This document shows positions 20,491-29,237 of a stretch of 64,000 nucleotides of DNA, one piece after another. The notes beneath the pieces are model-generated. The model worked only from the letters and a program-made list of their open reading frames with translations, had not been told where the DNA came from and ran no database searches. Positions within the stretch are counted from its first letter, which is position 1. The number at the start of each line of letters is the position of its first letter. The DNA comes from Methanotrichaceae archaeon (lineage in GTDB: Archaea > Halobacteriota > Methanosarcinia > Methanotrichales > Methanotrichaceae): positions 32,001-96,000 of the forward strand of contig CAVVKN010000002.1 in NCBI GenBank assembly GCA_963748825.1, in the 5' to 3' direction. The position numbers and the translations under genes were made by a program.

Positions 20491-20660
20491 CTTTGTTATC
20501 CTTCTTTCACCAGCTATTTTAGATATCTCTATTTACGATCTTTGCATCACACCAGCCGGGAAAAGATCGTCATTCTTCTTGTCGCCTCTTTGGCGGGATG
20601 CTATTCTGTCCAGGCACAATTTTTCGGGAAATCAACTATATCGCTTTTGGTAGGCCCGCC

Positions 20661-20700
20661 GGAAAAGCTTTTCCTTTGGCCAAATTCATATAAGTTATGA
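20661..20700. promoter_or_regulatory. candidate operators: GGAA-N6-TTCC (NrpR-type) and TCATAT-N3-TTATGA
   Basis: GGAAAAGCTTTTCC at 20661-20674 and TCATATAAGTTATGA at 20686-20700, upstream of the glutamate synthase family gene. Confidence 0.45.
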
Positions 20701-20904
20701 TAAATTCATAAAAATCTTTTTGTATTCGAATGTCAGCATAACGTTCAGATCATACAATATCATAAAACCTGTCTCAGTTGCTGCAAAATTGGATCGATCT
20801 TGGGGAATTTTGATAATAGTACACCGCGCCAACGGCATCTTTCCCCTACTCCATTCTGCAGATTACCTACTGTCTGATATTACACAGCTAAAAGGTGGCA
20901 TTAA

Positions 20905-22512
20905 ATGAATCTTAGAAGGCCGAACGCCAATGAAGCAACGGGGACCTTCAATCGCTCCAGAGATGTCGTCCCCATGTCCGGAATTTGCACACGATGCATA
21001 GATGGATGTAAAGGCGGATGCGAAACCTGGCTTGCCTCTTTCCGGGGCAGAGAGGTGCTTTACCCCGGCCCCTTTGGAGAGATGACAGCTGGAGCCGATA
21101 AGAACTACCCACTTGACTATTCTCATCTCAACATTCAGGGTTATGCTGTCGGCGCACACGGTCTCCCTGAAGGGGTAAAACCGGGGCCGGACACATCCAT
21201 CTTCCCTAATGTGGACGTTACTACGGAATACGGCTGGTCTAAAAAGGTGAAGATGAAGCTGCCCATATTCACAGGCGCTCTGGGGTCCACGGAAATTGCC
21301 AGAAAGAACTGGGAGCACTTTGCCGTGGGAGCGGCCATATCTGGCATCACCCTTGTCTGCGGCGAGAACGTCTGTGGAGTGGATCCGGAGCTGGTTCTAG
21401 ACGGCAAAGGCAAGGTGCAAAAGTCTCCGGAGATGGATCGCAGGATTGAGACCTACAAGAGATTCCACGAGGGCTTCGGTGAGATTCTGGTCCAGATGAA
21501 TGTTGAGGACACGCGCCTGGGCGTTGCCGAATACGTCTCCTCCCGACACAACCTGGAGACCATTGAGCTGAAGTGGGGCCAGGGAGCCAAGTGCATCGGC
21601 GGCGAGATAAAGGTGGACACCCTGGAGAGAGCACTGGAGCTGAAGAGCAGGGGCTATGTGGTGCAGCCCGATCCCAGCAATCTAGAGGTGCAGATGTCCT
21701 ACAAGGCAGGGGCCATTAAAGAGTTCGAGAGGCACTCTCGCCTGGGCTTCGTCTCAAGGGATGGGTTCTTCGATGAGATCGACAGGCTGCGAGATTTAGG
21801 CTTCAAGCGCATCACCCTCAAGACGGGTGCCTACAGCATGGCCGAGCTGGCCATGGCCATACGATACGGTGCTGAGGCCAAGATCGATCTTCTCACCATC
21901 GACGGCGCTCCGGGAGGAACCGGCATGAGTCCATGGCCCATGATGAATGAATGGGGCATTCCCACCTTCTATCTGCAGGCTTTGGCCTATGAGTTCTGCG
22001 GCAAGCTCTCCAGAAGGGGTATGAAGGTACCGGACATCGCCATGGCGGGCGGATTTTCCTCGGAGGACGGAGTCTTCAAATCCATTGCCATGGGCGCGCC
22101 CTTTGTTAAAGCGGTGTGCATGGGAAGGGCCCTCATGATCCCGGGAATGGTAGGAAAGAACATCGGCAACTGGCTGGAGAAGGGCGAACTGCCTAAGAGC
22201 GTCTCCAAGTACGGCAGCAAGGCCGAAGAGATCTTTGTCTCCTATGAGGACCTCAAGGCCAGGTTCGGCCAGGAGGTAAAGCAGATTCCATGGGGTGCTA
22301 TCGGCCTTTATACCTACTGCCAGAAGTTCAAGACGGGAATACAGCAGCTCATGGCCGGATCTCGGAACTTCAACCTGGGCACCATCTCCAGAAAGGATCT
22401 CATGGCCCTCTCTGAAGAGGCGGCCTATGTCTCAGGCATACCTTACGTCATGGATGCCTACCGTGATGAAGCGGAAGAGATCCTGGACGCCTGGATCACT
22501 GTGACCGAGTGA
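20905..22512 (+). CDS. FMN-binding glutamate synthase family protein
   Basis: CTRCIDGCKGGC, ELKWGQGAK.IGGE, TIDGAPGGTGMSP, MAGG, CMGR. Confidence 0.9.
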   Translation: MNLRRPNANEATGTFNRSRDVVPMSGICTRCIDGCKGGCETWLASFRGREVLYPGPFGEMTAGADKNYPLDYSHLNIQGYAVGAHGLPEGVKPGPDTSIFPNVDVTTEYGWSKKVKMKLPIFTGALGSTEIARKNWEHFAVGAAISGITLVCGENVCGVDPELVLDGKGKVQKSPEMDRRIETYKRFHEGFGEILVQMNVEDTRLGVAEYVSSRHNLETIELKWGQGAKCIGGEIKVDTLERALELKSRGYVVQPDPSNLEVQMSYKAGAIKEFERHSRLGFVSRDGFFDEIDRLRDLGFKRITLKTGAYSMAELAMAIRYGAEAKIDLLTIDGAPGGTGMSPWPMMNEWGIPTFYLQALAYEFCGKLSRRGMKVPDIAMAGGFSSEDGVFKSIAMGAPFVKAVCMGRALMIPGMVGKNIGNWLEKGELPKSVSKYGSKAEEIFVSYEDLKARFGQEVKQIPWGAIGLYTYCQKFKTGIQQLMAGSRNFNLGTISRKDLMALSEEAAYVSGIPYVMDAYRDEAEEILDAWITVTE

Positions 22513-22612
22513 GGATTTCGAATCGAAACAAAATCAGATGTTTAAGCAAGATAGCAATAACGAAAGCAAGCATGCACGGAATTAAGAATAATTAAGACCT
22601 GCAATTTTTTCA

Positions 22613-22646
22613 GGCATGGCGCAGATTTTAGTGCCATGCCCCTTTT
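22613..22646 (+). terminator. GC hairpin + T tract
   Basis: GGCATGGCGC-N8-GTGCCATGCC followed by CCTTTT. Confidence 0.55.
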
Positions 22647-22975
22647 GCTTGCCGGCAAAATCCTCTTCTCTGCGATGCTGCTTCTTGAGGGGCGACTCAT
22701 TTATTCTTACAATCAAAATCAATTTATTAAGTTTTTTTATGATTTATTATGAATTCGCACACTAAGGACAATATTTAAATTCAATGAGGCCGTATTAAGA
22801 ATATAGCTTTTATGAAATTTATTAATCGCAAAAGTTTAAATAGGCCGACACAACATTTCCGGCCCCCTTAGTCATTTATAAATTTAACTCAGAATAGTTA
22901 AATAGCTAAGGATGGACCTGTGCATCCACCAGTCAAACATAAAGATTTGGGTAGATGCAAAACGGAGATGCAATA

Positions 22976-24223
22976 ATGTCCAAACCGAATCCCTTTGAGA
23001 TAGCCCAAAAACAACTCGACGATTGTGCTAAGATTCTGAACCTGGATGCCGGAGTGCACGAGTTCCTCAAGCACCCCAGGCGAGAATTCCACATATCTAT
23101 CCCGGTACGAATGGACGACGGCAGCATGAAGATGTTCCAGGGTTACAGAGTTCAGTATAATGATGCTCTTGGCCCCTGCAAGGGCGGCATAAGATACCAT
23201 CCTGACGAGACCATCGACACGGTGCGAGCCCTATCTGCCTGGATGACCTGGAAGTGTTCTCTTCTCGGCCTGCCCCTGGGCGGAGGCAAAGGCGGAGTCA
23301 TATGCAATCCCAAGGAGTTGTCCATGGGTGAGCAGGAGCGCCTCTGCCGTGGCTACATTGACATGATCTGGCAGAATGTAGGTCCCGAGAAGGACATTCC
23401 CGCACCTGACGTATATACCACTCCCCAGATGATGGCCTGGATGATGGATGAGTACTCAAAACTGACTGGCTCCAACAACTTCGGATGCATAACCGGCAAG
23501 CCCCTCTGCGTGGGCGGCTCTTGCGGCAGAAGCGATGCTACCGCCCGAGGGGGCATGTACGCTCTGCGAGAGGCTGCCAAAGAGTTCAACATCGATCTAT
23601 CGAAGGCAACCGTGGCCATTCAGGGATACGGCAATGCGGGAAGCTACGCCCATTCTCTGGCCAAGGAGCTTTTCGGCAGCAAGGTTGTCGCCGTCAGCGA
23701 CTCCAAGGGGGGAGTATTCAATGCAGCCGGCATAGATGCCGATGAGGCCGCCAAGGTTAAGGCCGAGACCTCAAGCGTGGCCAATATTCCCAACTCAAAG
23801 AAGATAAGCAATGAAGAGCTCTTAGAGCTGGATGTGGATATTCTCGTTGCTGCTGCCTTAGAGAACGTGATCACCAAGGAGAACGCAGGAAGGATCAAGG
23901 CCAAGGTCATTGTGGAGCTGGCCAATGGCCCCACCACACCGGAAGCTGACGCCATACTCTTCCAAAACAAAGTGCACGTCATTCCCGACTTCCTGGCCAA
24001 TGCCGGCGGTGTAACCGTCTCCTATTTCGAGATGGTGCAGAACATCATGCGCTACTGCTGGTCCTTCGATGAGGTCTACCAGAAGCTAGATGAGAGGATG
24101 ACCATGGCCTACCAGGGCGTCCTTGCCGCCTCAAAGAAGTACAAGGTAAACATGCGCCAGGCAGCCTACACCGTAGCTGTGGCAAGGGTCGTCGAGGCCA
24201 TGAAGATGCGCGGCTGGGTATAG
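22976..24223 (+). CDS. gdhA: glutamate dehydrogenase
   Basis: GPCKGGIRYHP, GGGKGG, DIPAPDV, ATARG, QGYGNAG, ELANGP, PDFLANAGGV. Confidence 0.96.
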   Translation: MSKPNPFEIAQKQLDDCAKILNLDAGVHEFLKHPRREFHISIPVRMDDGSMKMFQGYRVQYNDALGPCKGGIRYHPDETIDTVRALSAWMTWKCSLLGLPLGGGKGGVICNPKELSMGEQERLCRGYIDMIWQNVGPEKDIPAPDVYTTPQMMAWMMDEYSKLTGSNNFGCITGKPLCVGGSCGRSDATARGGMYALREAAKEFNIDLSKATVAIQGYGNAGSYAHSLAKELFGSKVVAVSDSKGGVFNAAGIDADEAAKVKAETSSVANIPNSKKISNEELLELDVDILVAAALENVITKENAGRIKAKVIVELANGPTTPEADAILFQNKVHVIPDFLANAGGVTVSYFEMVQNIMRYCWSFDEVYQKLDERMTMAYQGVLAASKKYKVNMRQAAYTVAVARVVEAMKMRGWV

Positions 24224-24531
24224 GAGCGAGGCAAATTCCTGATTGGTTCAAAACCACCATGCATAGGTGCTTTGCGTTCTACTCGGGCTAGGGCCCATCA
24301 TAGGGGCGCAAAGGCCTCTTATTTTTGTATATATATGATATATTTAATTTTCAAAATGATTGTCTAGCAGCTTGCTGCGCTGGTACGCCGTTGCAGTTTT
24401 ACTAAATAGTTTTATTATATAATAAAACCCGAAAATGGATGCTATATCCATTTTATACAAATTAAATTAATATATTGTGATTTAAAAAAGTTCTACTCGC
24501 TTAAAATAGGTGGAAAAATTTGTAAAATGAC

Positions 24532-24786
24532 TCAAACCCGCACCTTCTCCGGTCTCTCTTCTCCTGCCCCCAATGGCCAATGCGCCGCCACATCCGCGCT
24601 TTCCGCCGGTAGATACCTCTCCCAAGGCCTCCAGAGCGGCTGCGTGCTGGCCATTCTCTCTTCCACGCCTTCTTCGGGCAGAATCTGATCCCAGGGCTTC
24701 ATGCACAGTACGGCAGCCCCTGCCCTCGTCTCCACCATTGCCGAGGGTAAATACCTCTCCCAAGTTGTCCAGTTTCTAGCTTTCAT
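24532..24786 (-). CDS. small protein with repeated (P)WERYLP motif
   Basis: 84 aa; WERYLP, PWDQILP, PWERYLP; GGAGA RBS; promoter layout shared with glnA/glt. Confidence 0.6.
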   Translation of the reverse strand: MKARNWTTWERYLPSAMVETRAGAAVLCMKPWDQILPEEGVEERMASTQPLWRPWERYLPAESADVAAHWPLGAGEERPEKVRV

Positions 24787-25093
24787 TTGCCTATCTCCTG
24801 ATACTTTTCTTGCTCTCTTCTATTTAGCTATTTTTAAGAATTGTTCATAATTATTCATAACATATTGCGTATGAAAAATTCATAAAATCATAACAAAATC
24901 ATTATGAGAATTGCCCACATGCCAATCCCTGACATCTAAACTCAGGTGTTGTGTGGATGAGGTACATCGAGTTCACGCTTCACCCCGACGTCTACAGGTT
25001 TAGAATGATGAAGAAGGCCAGTAAAAAGCAATAATCAACAAATATCAAAAATTAATAATAAGAGGAACAAAGAATGCCGATTTTCTCGCGCTT

Positions 25094-25386
25094 TCACGGG
25101 CTCTTTCTGCTCCTTCCCAGCACCATCTGCCGTGTTGCCCTATCCGCCTCTATATTGCGCCGGCAGATCGGGCAGACCCGGACCCATTCCAGGCCCTCAG
25201 AGTCCTTCTGCATGTTGGCAGGCAGAGAGGATTCGATCCTCCTCAACATGGGCTCCGTGGCATAGCGCGATGTGCAGATCTTGCAGGCCACCAGATCAAA
25301 GGACACATCAGGCTCCGGCACGGCCTCATCGAAAAGCACCAGAGTCAGAGCCTTGGCAGGGCAAAACTCCACGCAAAGATCGCACT
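25094..25386 (-). pseudogene. 5'-truncated duplicate of the 4Fe-4S gene at 32530-32949
   Basis: Colinear with 32530-32822 (CDLCVEFCPAKALTL...RQMVLGRSRK); lacks the N-terminal ~42 aa. Confidence 0.85.
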
Positions 25387-25529
25387 TGTATGCCGAGCTT
25401 GTCAGTCCAGACGACTTCGATGAGACTGGCCAATATGCAACTTATGCAGGAACAGAGAGCGCTTTAGGGAAAGCGTTCAATGCGATCAATAAAATAGAAG
25501 CTTTCAGTTAGCAGAGCTTATATAACCTA

Positions 25530-25549
25530 ATGTAACACAAGGTTAACAT
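25530..25549. promoter_or_regulatory. candidate operator ATGTAA-N8-TAACAT
   Basis: Between TATA-like TTATATAA and the DUF2178 start; same motif at 30471-30490. Confidence 0.5.
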
Positions 25550-25558
25550 AGTGATATC

Positions 25559-25960
25559 ATGGATGTAAACGAGTCGAAAATTTGCAGAATGACGATCATC
25601 GTATCCATGGTAGCTTTGGTTGGCTGGTTTATGGCTGCTGGAAATGCTTATTTAGTGGCGATTTCTATAACTGCAGGTGCAGTTCTTTTCTATTTATGTA
25701 AATCTGAAATCAAAGAGGTCGTAGAGGATGAGAGGGATGTAAAAGTAAGCGAAAAGGCATCCAAGCTGGCCATAGGGATCTTCGCTGCGGCAAACATCTT
25801 GACCGGCGTTATCTTAATTGCGCTTAGATATAGATACCCTGAGTATATATATATCGGCTTTATCCTAGCATTCTCTGCCTCCTCTTTGATGGTATTATAT
25901 TCGCTTCTGTATGGATACTACAACAAGAAATATGGATACGAGCCTCTAAATGAAGAATAA
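25559..25960 (+). CDS. DUF2178-family membrane protein
   Basis: 4 TM; VVEDER...SEKAS motif; coupled to an XRE gene. Confidence 0.75.
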   Translation: MDVNESKICRMTIIVSMVALVGWFMAAGNAYLVAISITAGAVLFYLCKSEIKEVVEDERDVKVSEKASKLAIGIFAAANILTGVILIALRYRYPEYIYIGFILAFSASSLMVLYSLLYGYYNKKYGYEPLNEE

Positions 25961-26174
25961 AGTCAAGGTTTACCGGGCCATACACGATCTAACACAGGAG
26001 GAACTTGCCCAAAAGATGGGAGTGACCAGGCAGACAGTACTTGCCATCGAAAAGGGCAAATATAGCCCATCTTTAGACCTTGCCTTTAAAATGGCGAAGA
26101 TCTTTGGCGTTGAAATTGAGGATATTTTCACCTATGAAGCCCCTCAGGAGAATAACGACTTAGAAGGCGTTTAG
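25950..26174 (+). CDS. XRE-family HTH transcriptional regulator
   Basis: LTQEELAQKMGVTRQTVLAIEKGKYSPSLDLAFK. Confidence 0.93.
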   Translation: MKNKVKVYRAIHDLTQEELAQKMGVTRQTVLAIEKGKYSPSLDLAFKMAKIFGVEIEDIFTYEAPQENNDLEGV

Positions 26175-26275
26175 ATTATTATAATTAGCTTCTGGATGAG
26201 TTTGGCATCGATCGAAGCTGGAAATATGGTCATAAATTCACGGAGAAATGCTCTCTCGATGGAGTTGATCTATAG

Positions 26276-27526
26276 GTGAACAAAGAGTCTCATGTCCGTC
26301 ACCTTATCCGTAAAATAAAGGCATCCACCGCATCTACAAAGTTCAGCGAGGAGCCGTTAATATTAGGGCTAGCCCTATTACTAATGCTATTACTACTGTA
26401 TGCCTTTGGGGCCTTTGCGCCTCAGGAGGGGATGTGGAATGGAACCTATGGCGGTACTGGGTCGGATGTTGGAAACTCAGTCTTACAGGCCAAAGATGAC
26501 GGATATGTCATTGCAGGCACCACCAGTTCCTATGGTGTTGGTAAAGGTGATGCCTGGCTGATAAAGACGAATCAAAAGGGCAACGAGAAGTGGAACAGGA
26601 CTTTCGGCGGATCTAGCGATGACTCTGGTGAAGTAGTGTTGCAGATCGAAGACAGCAGCTATTTGCTCGCCGGCGCGACAAGCTCCTTTGGTGCTGGAGA
26701 TTTTGATGCCTGGCTGATAAAGACCAACTTTGATGGGAAAGAGCATTGGAATAAAACCTATGGAGGGTCCAGCTACGATTGGGGTTACTCGGTTCAGGAG
26801 ATAAAAGATGGTGGCTATATCATCGCTGGTGAGACGAGATCCTATGGGGCCGGTGGAAGCGATGTTTGGCTGATAAAAACCGATGCGTCCGGTAATGAGG
26901 ATTGGAATAGAACCTTCGGAGGGTCGAAGGACGACGGCGGTCGTGCGGTACAAAGGACTAAGGATGACGGCTATGTTATCGCAGGTTTCACAGAGTCTTA
27001 TGGTGCAGGCGGCAAAGATGTCTGGCTGATAAAGACGGATGCTGCGGGCAAAGAGCAATGGAATATAACTTTTGGGGGATCGAGAGACGACTGCGGAGAA
27101 TCAGTCCAGCAGGTAAAAGATGGTGGCTACATCATCGCAAGCGGTGCAAATGCTCCTCTGACTAATAAATCCCTCACGGGTGATGCCTGGCTGATAAGGA
27201 CTGATTCCAATGGCACCATGCAATGGGGCAAGATCTTCAGCTTCGGGAATTCGGACTATAATCTTGGCACCGCAGCGCAAGAGACAAAAGATGGCGGCTA
27301 TATCCTCGCAGGTTACGGCTTAGGTACTGAGATAGACGCATGGCTGATAAAAACCGATAACGTGGGAATGAAGAAATGGGATAGAGTCCTCGATGAATCG
27401 GGCAGAAATGAAGGCTCATCGGTCCAGCAAGCTAATGATGGCAGTTACATCAGTACTGGTTGGACGATCTCTTCCGGAAATGTCGATGCCTGGCTAATGA
27501 AAATAGCGGAGAGAATGGAGTCTTAA
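26276..27526 (+). CDS. secreted/membrane-anchored 7-repeat beta-propeller protein
   Basis: N-terminal hydrophobic helix; 7 ~50-aa repeats WNxTFGG...DGGYIIAG.T.SYGAG..D.WLIKTD. Confidence 0.85.
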   Translation: MNKESHVRHLIRKIKASTASTKFSEEPLILGLALLLMLLLLYAFGAFAPQEGMWNGTYGGTGSDVGNSVLQAKDDGYVIAGTTSSYGVGKGDAWLIKTNQKGNEKWNRTFGGSSDDSGEVVLQIEDSSYLLAGATSSFGAGDFDAWLIKTNFDGKEHWNKTYGGSSYDWGYSVQEIKDGGYIIAGETRSYGAGGSDVWLIKTDASGNEDWNRTFGGSKDDGGRAVQRTKDDGYVIAGFTESYGAGGKDVWLIKTDAAGKEQWNITFGGSRDDCGESVQQVKDGGYIIASGANAPLTNKSLTGDAWLIRTDSNGTMQWGKIFSFGNSDYNLGTAAQETKDGGYILAGYGLGTEIDAWLIKTDNVGMKKWDRVLDESGRNEGSSVQQANDGSYISTGWTISSGNVDAWLMKIAERMES

Positions 27527-27546
27527 GTGGATTTTGCATTCTCTCC
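27508..27546 (+). terminator. hairpin at end of propeller gene
   Basis: GGAGAGAATG...CATTCTCTCC. Confidence 0.4.
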
Positions 27547-27784
27547 ATTCATAGCCATTTTTCAGGCAGTTCTCTTTTCCAGCTTTCTCTGTGCTAAATA
27601 CTTGTGTGAAATAATTTCAGAATGATGGCACTTGAAAAGAGTTATGCCGTCCACTTATTCAGTTTGCATAGTTGCAATATGCTACGATATTAGTAATAAA
27701 ATATCTGCTGCATGCATGCTAAAGCTAAAATCCCTATCAGTGGCAAGCTGGAATGAAGATGCCTTTATTTAAACCTTTTCTTTT

Positions 27785-27856
27785 TGTTCAGAAAATCCGA
27801 ACAAACTGGTTAATATAGTATTTAAATCTTCTCTTTATGTTCGGAAAATCCGGGCA
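27785..27856 (+). promoter_or_regulatory. promoter with two 19-bp palindromic operators flanking the TATA box
   Basis: TGTTCAGAAAATCCGAACA (27785-27803) and TGTTCGGAAAATCCGGGCA (27838-27856) around TTTAAAT at 27821. Confidence 0.65.
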
Positions 27857-27944
27857 ATTTCAATAGATTTATCTAGTTATGAGTGGTATCAGTGGTTGTG
27901 CTTCCAAAAAGCACAGTTGAGCGAGTAAAGAGTGGGGAAATGTT

Positions 27945-28877
27945 ATGGAAGAAAAAGAAGCAAAGGATAAGCTGGCAAGCCTGCCTGTGAACCAGGCACC
28001 TTGCCAGGAGAGCCAAGAAAACAAAGCATCCTCCTCTCAGGAAATGGCAAAGCGTAGCTGTGGATGCGGAGAAGGTGCGAAAGCCAAGGGCACAAATGCG
28101 CCCCAATACGTCTACGCCCTTGGAAAGATCGAACCTCGCTTTCGAAGCATGGCCGTGGAAAGAGAGTTTGCCCAGGCCACTGGCAGGGCGGAGACAACCG
28201 GACTTACGGATCAACAGGCCTTCTATTCGGTTCTGTCAAAGAAGGAAAATAGGTATCTGGTACGTGATCTGTGTTGGGCCCTGGCCATAGGGGGTGTGGC
28301 CGCCTATATCCTGTTGCCGAAGGACCCATTGGATTTTGATCGTCTGGTGGAATCTGTCAATCCTCAACAGAATAAAGCGGACATAGATATCGTGGTCGGA
28401 TTAAAGGGACCAGTTGCTCCGCCTGAAATGTGCGCCGGGCTGCAGGTTCCCATAGTTGGGTTCGATCAGCTCTTCTCATTCAATAGAGAAGAGTTCATAA
28501 GGTCTATTCCACGTCCTGAGTCGATCCCTGAAAAGCAGGAGGAGAAGTTCAGAGCTGCCGCCAATGAGCTGTTCGACAGGATCCTGCAAATGGCGGACAA
28601 TACTGGAGCCACTGATGAACATAGGGCGCTGAATTACCTTTCAGTCCGATATCCAGCAATCTATGCCAAGGCGGCAGAGGAGTTCGAGTACAACTTTTCC
28701 CTGACAGGCGTAGAAGCCAGGCTATCGAGGCTAAGCGGAGCGCGAAAGATAGTCTCTGTGATCTTCACCTACACTAACAGGGAGACCGATGTCGTTGAGA
28801 AGTACTTCGTGCGCGTGGATGTGAGCGAAGAGTTTCCATTCCTGGTCACCAAGATGGCGCCGTACTACGACAGGTGA
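27945..28877 (+). CDS. stand-alone cyanobactin PatA/PatG C-terminal (DUF) domain protein
   Basis: SCGCG; YVYALGKIEPRF..VEREFAQ; RYL.RDLCW; NTGATDEHRALNYL..RYPAIY; SRLSG.R; KYFVRVDVSEEFPFLVTK..PYYDR; no subtilisin domain. Confidence 0.85.
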   Translation: MEEKEAKDKLASLPVNQAPCQESQENKASSSQEMAKRSCGCGEGAKAKGTNAPQYVYALGKIEPRFRSMAVEREFAQATGRAETTGLTDQQAFYSVLSKKENRYLVRDLCWALAIGGVAAYILLPKDPLDFDRLVESVNPQQNKADIDIVVGLKGPVAPPEMCAGLQVPIVGFDQLFSFNREEFIRSIPRPESIPEKQEEKFRAAANELFDRILQMADNTGATDEHRALNYLSVRYPAIYAKAAEEFEYNFSLTGVEARLSRLSGARKIVSVIFTYTNRETDVVEKYFVRVDVSEEFPFLVTKMAPYYDR

Positions 28878-28901
28878 ATAAATAAAACGGAGGTGAAATA
28901 T

Positions 28902-29078
28902 ATGACATGTTATTGCTGCTATAAATCCAATGGATCCTGTAGCTCTGGCCTCTTTTGTGCCTGGAACAACGTGGGCGCAGCATGCTCTGCTGCAGCTTCT
29001 GATTTTGCACGACGTTGTGGCAGTGGAGGGGGCTCTCTCTACTGGGGAATATACCCAGATTATTACTGCGGTTATTAG
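28902..29078 (+). CDS. Cys/Gly/Ser/Tyr-rich small peptide (58 aa)
   Basis: GGAGGTGA RBS at 28889-28896; MTCYCCYKSNGSCSSGLFCAWNNVGAACSAAASDFARRCGSGGGSLYWGIYPDYYCGY; T-rich tract follows. Confidence 0.75.
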   Translation: MTCYCCYKSNGSCSSGLFCAWNNVGAACSAAASDFARRCGSGGGSLYWGIYPDYYCGY

Positions 29079-29237
29079 GGAAATATGTATTAAAAATTTT
29101 TATTTTTTATTTTAAAAGTTATCTATTTATGATATATTTGTGAAATATTCTACATTAGGATTAAAAAATAATTGCCATCTTGCGATGACAATCTGATGAC
29201 AATCCACTTACTATGGACTATTCTTCCTACAACAATT

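Noticed and set aside
24940-25035. Possible coding stub (MRYIEFTLHPDVYRFRMMKKASKKQ)
   Set aside because: Too short and no recognisable family.
28902-29078. Classical cyanobactin PatE precursor
   Set aside because: No LAELSEE-type leader or AYD(G) follower, and no heterocyclase or protease nearby; kept only as a non-classical candidate.
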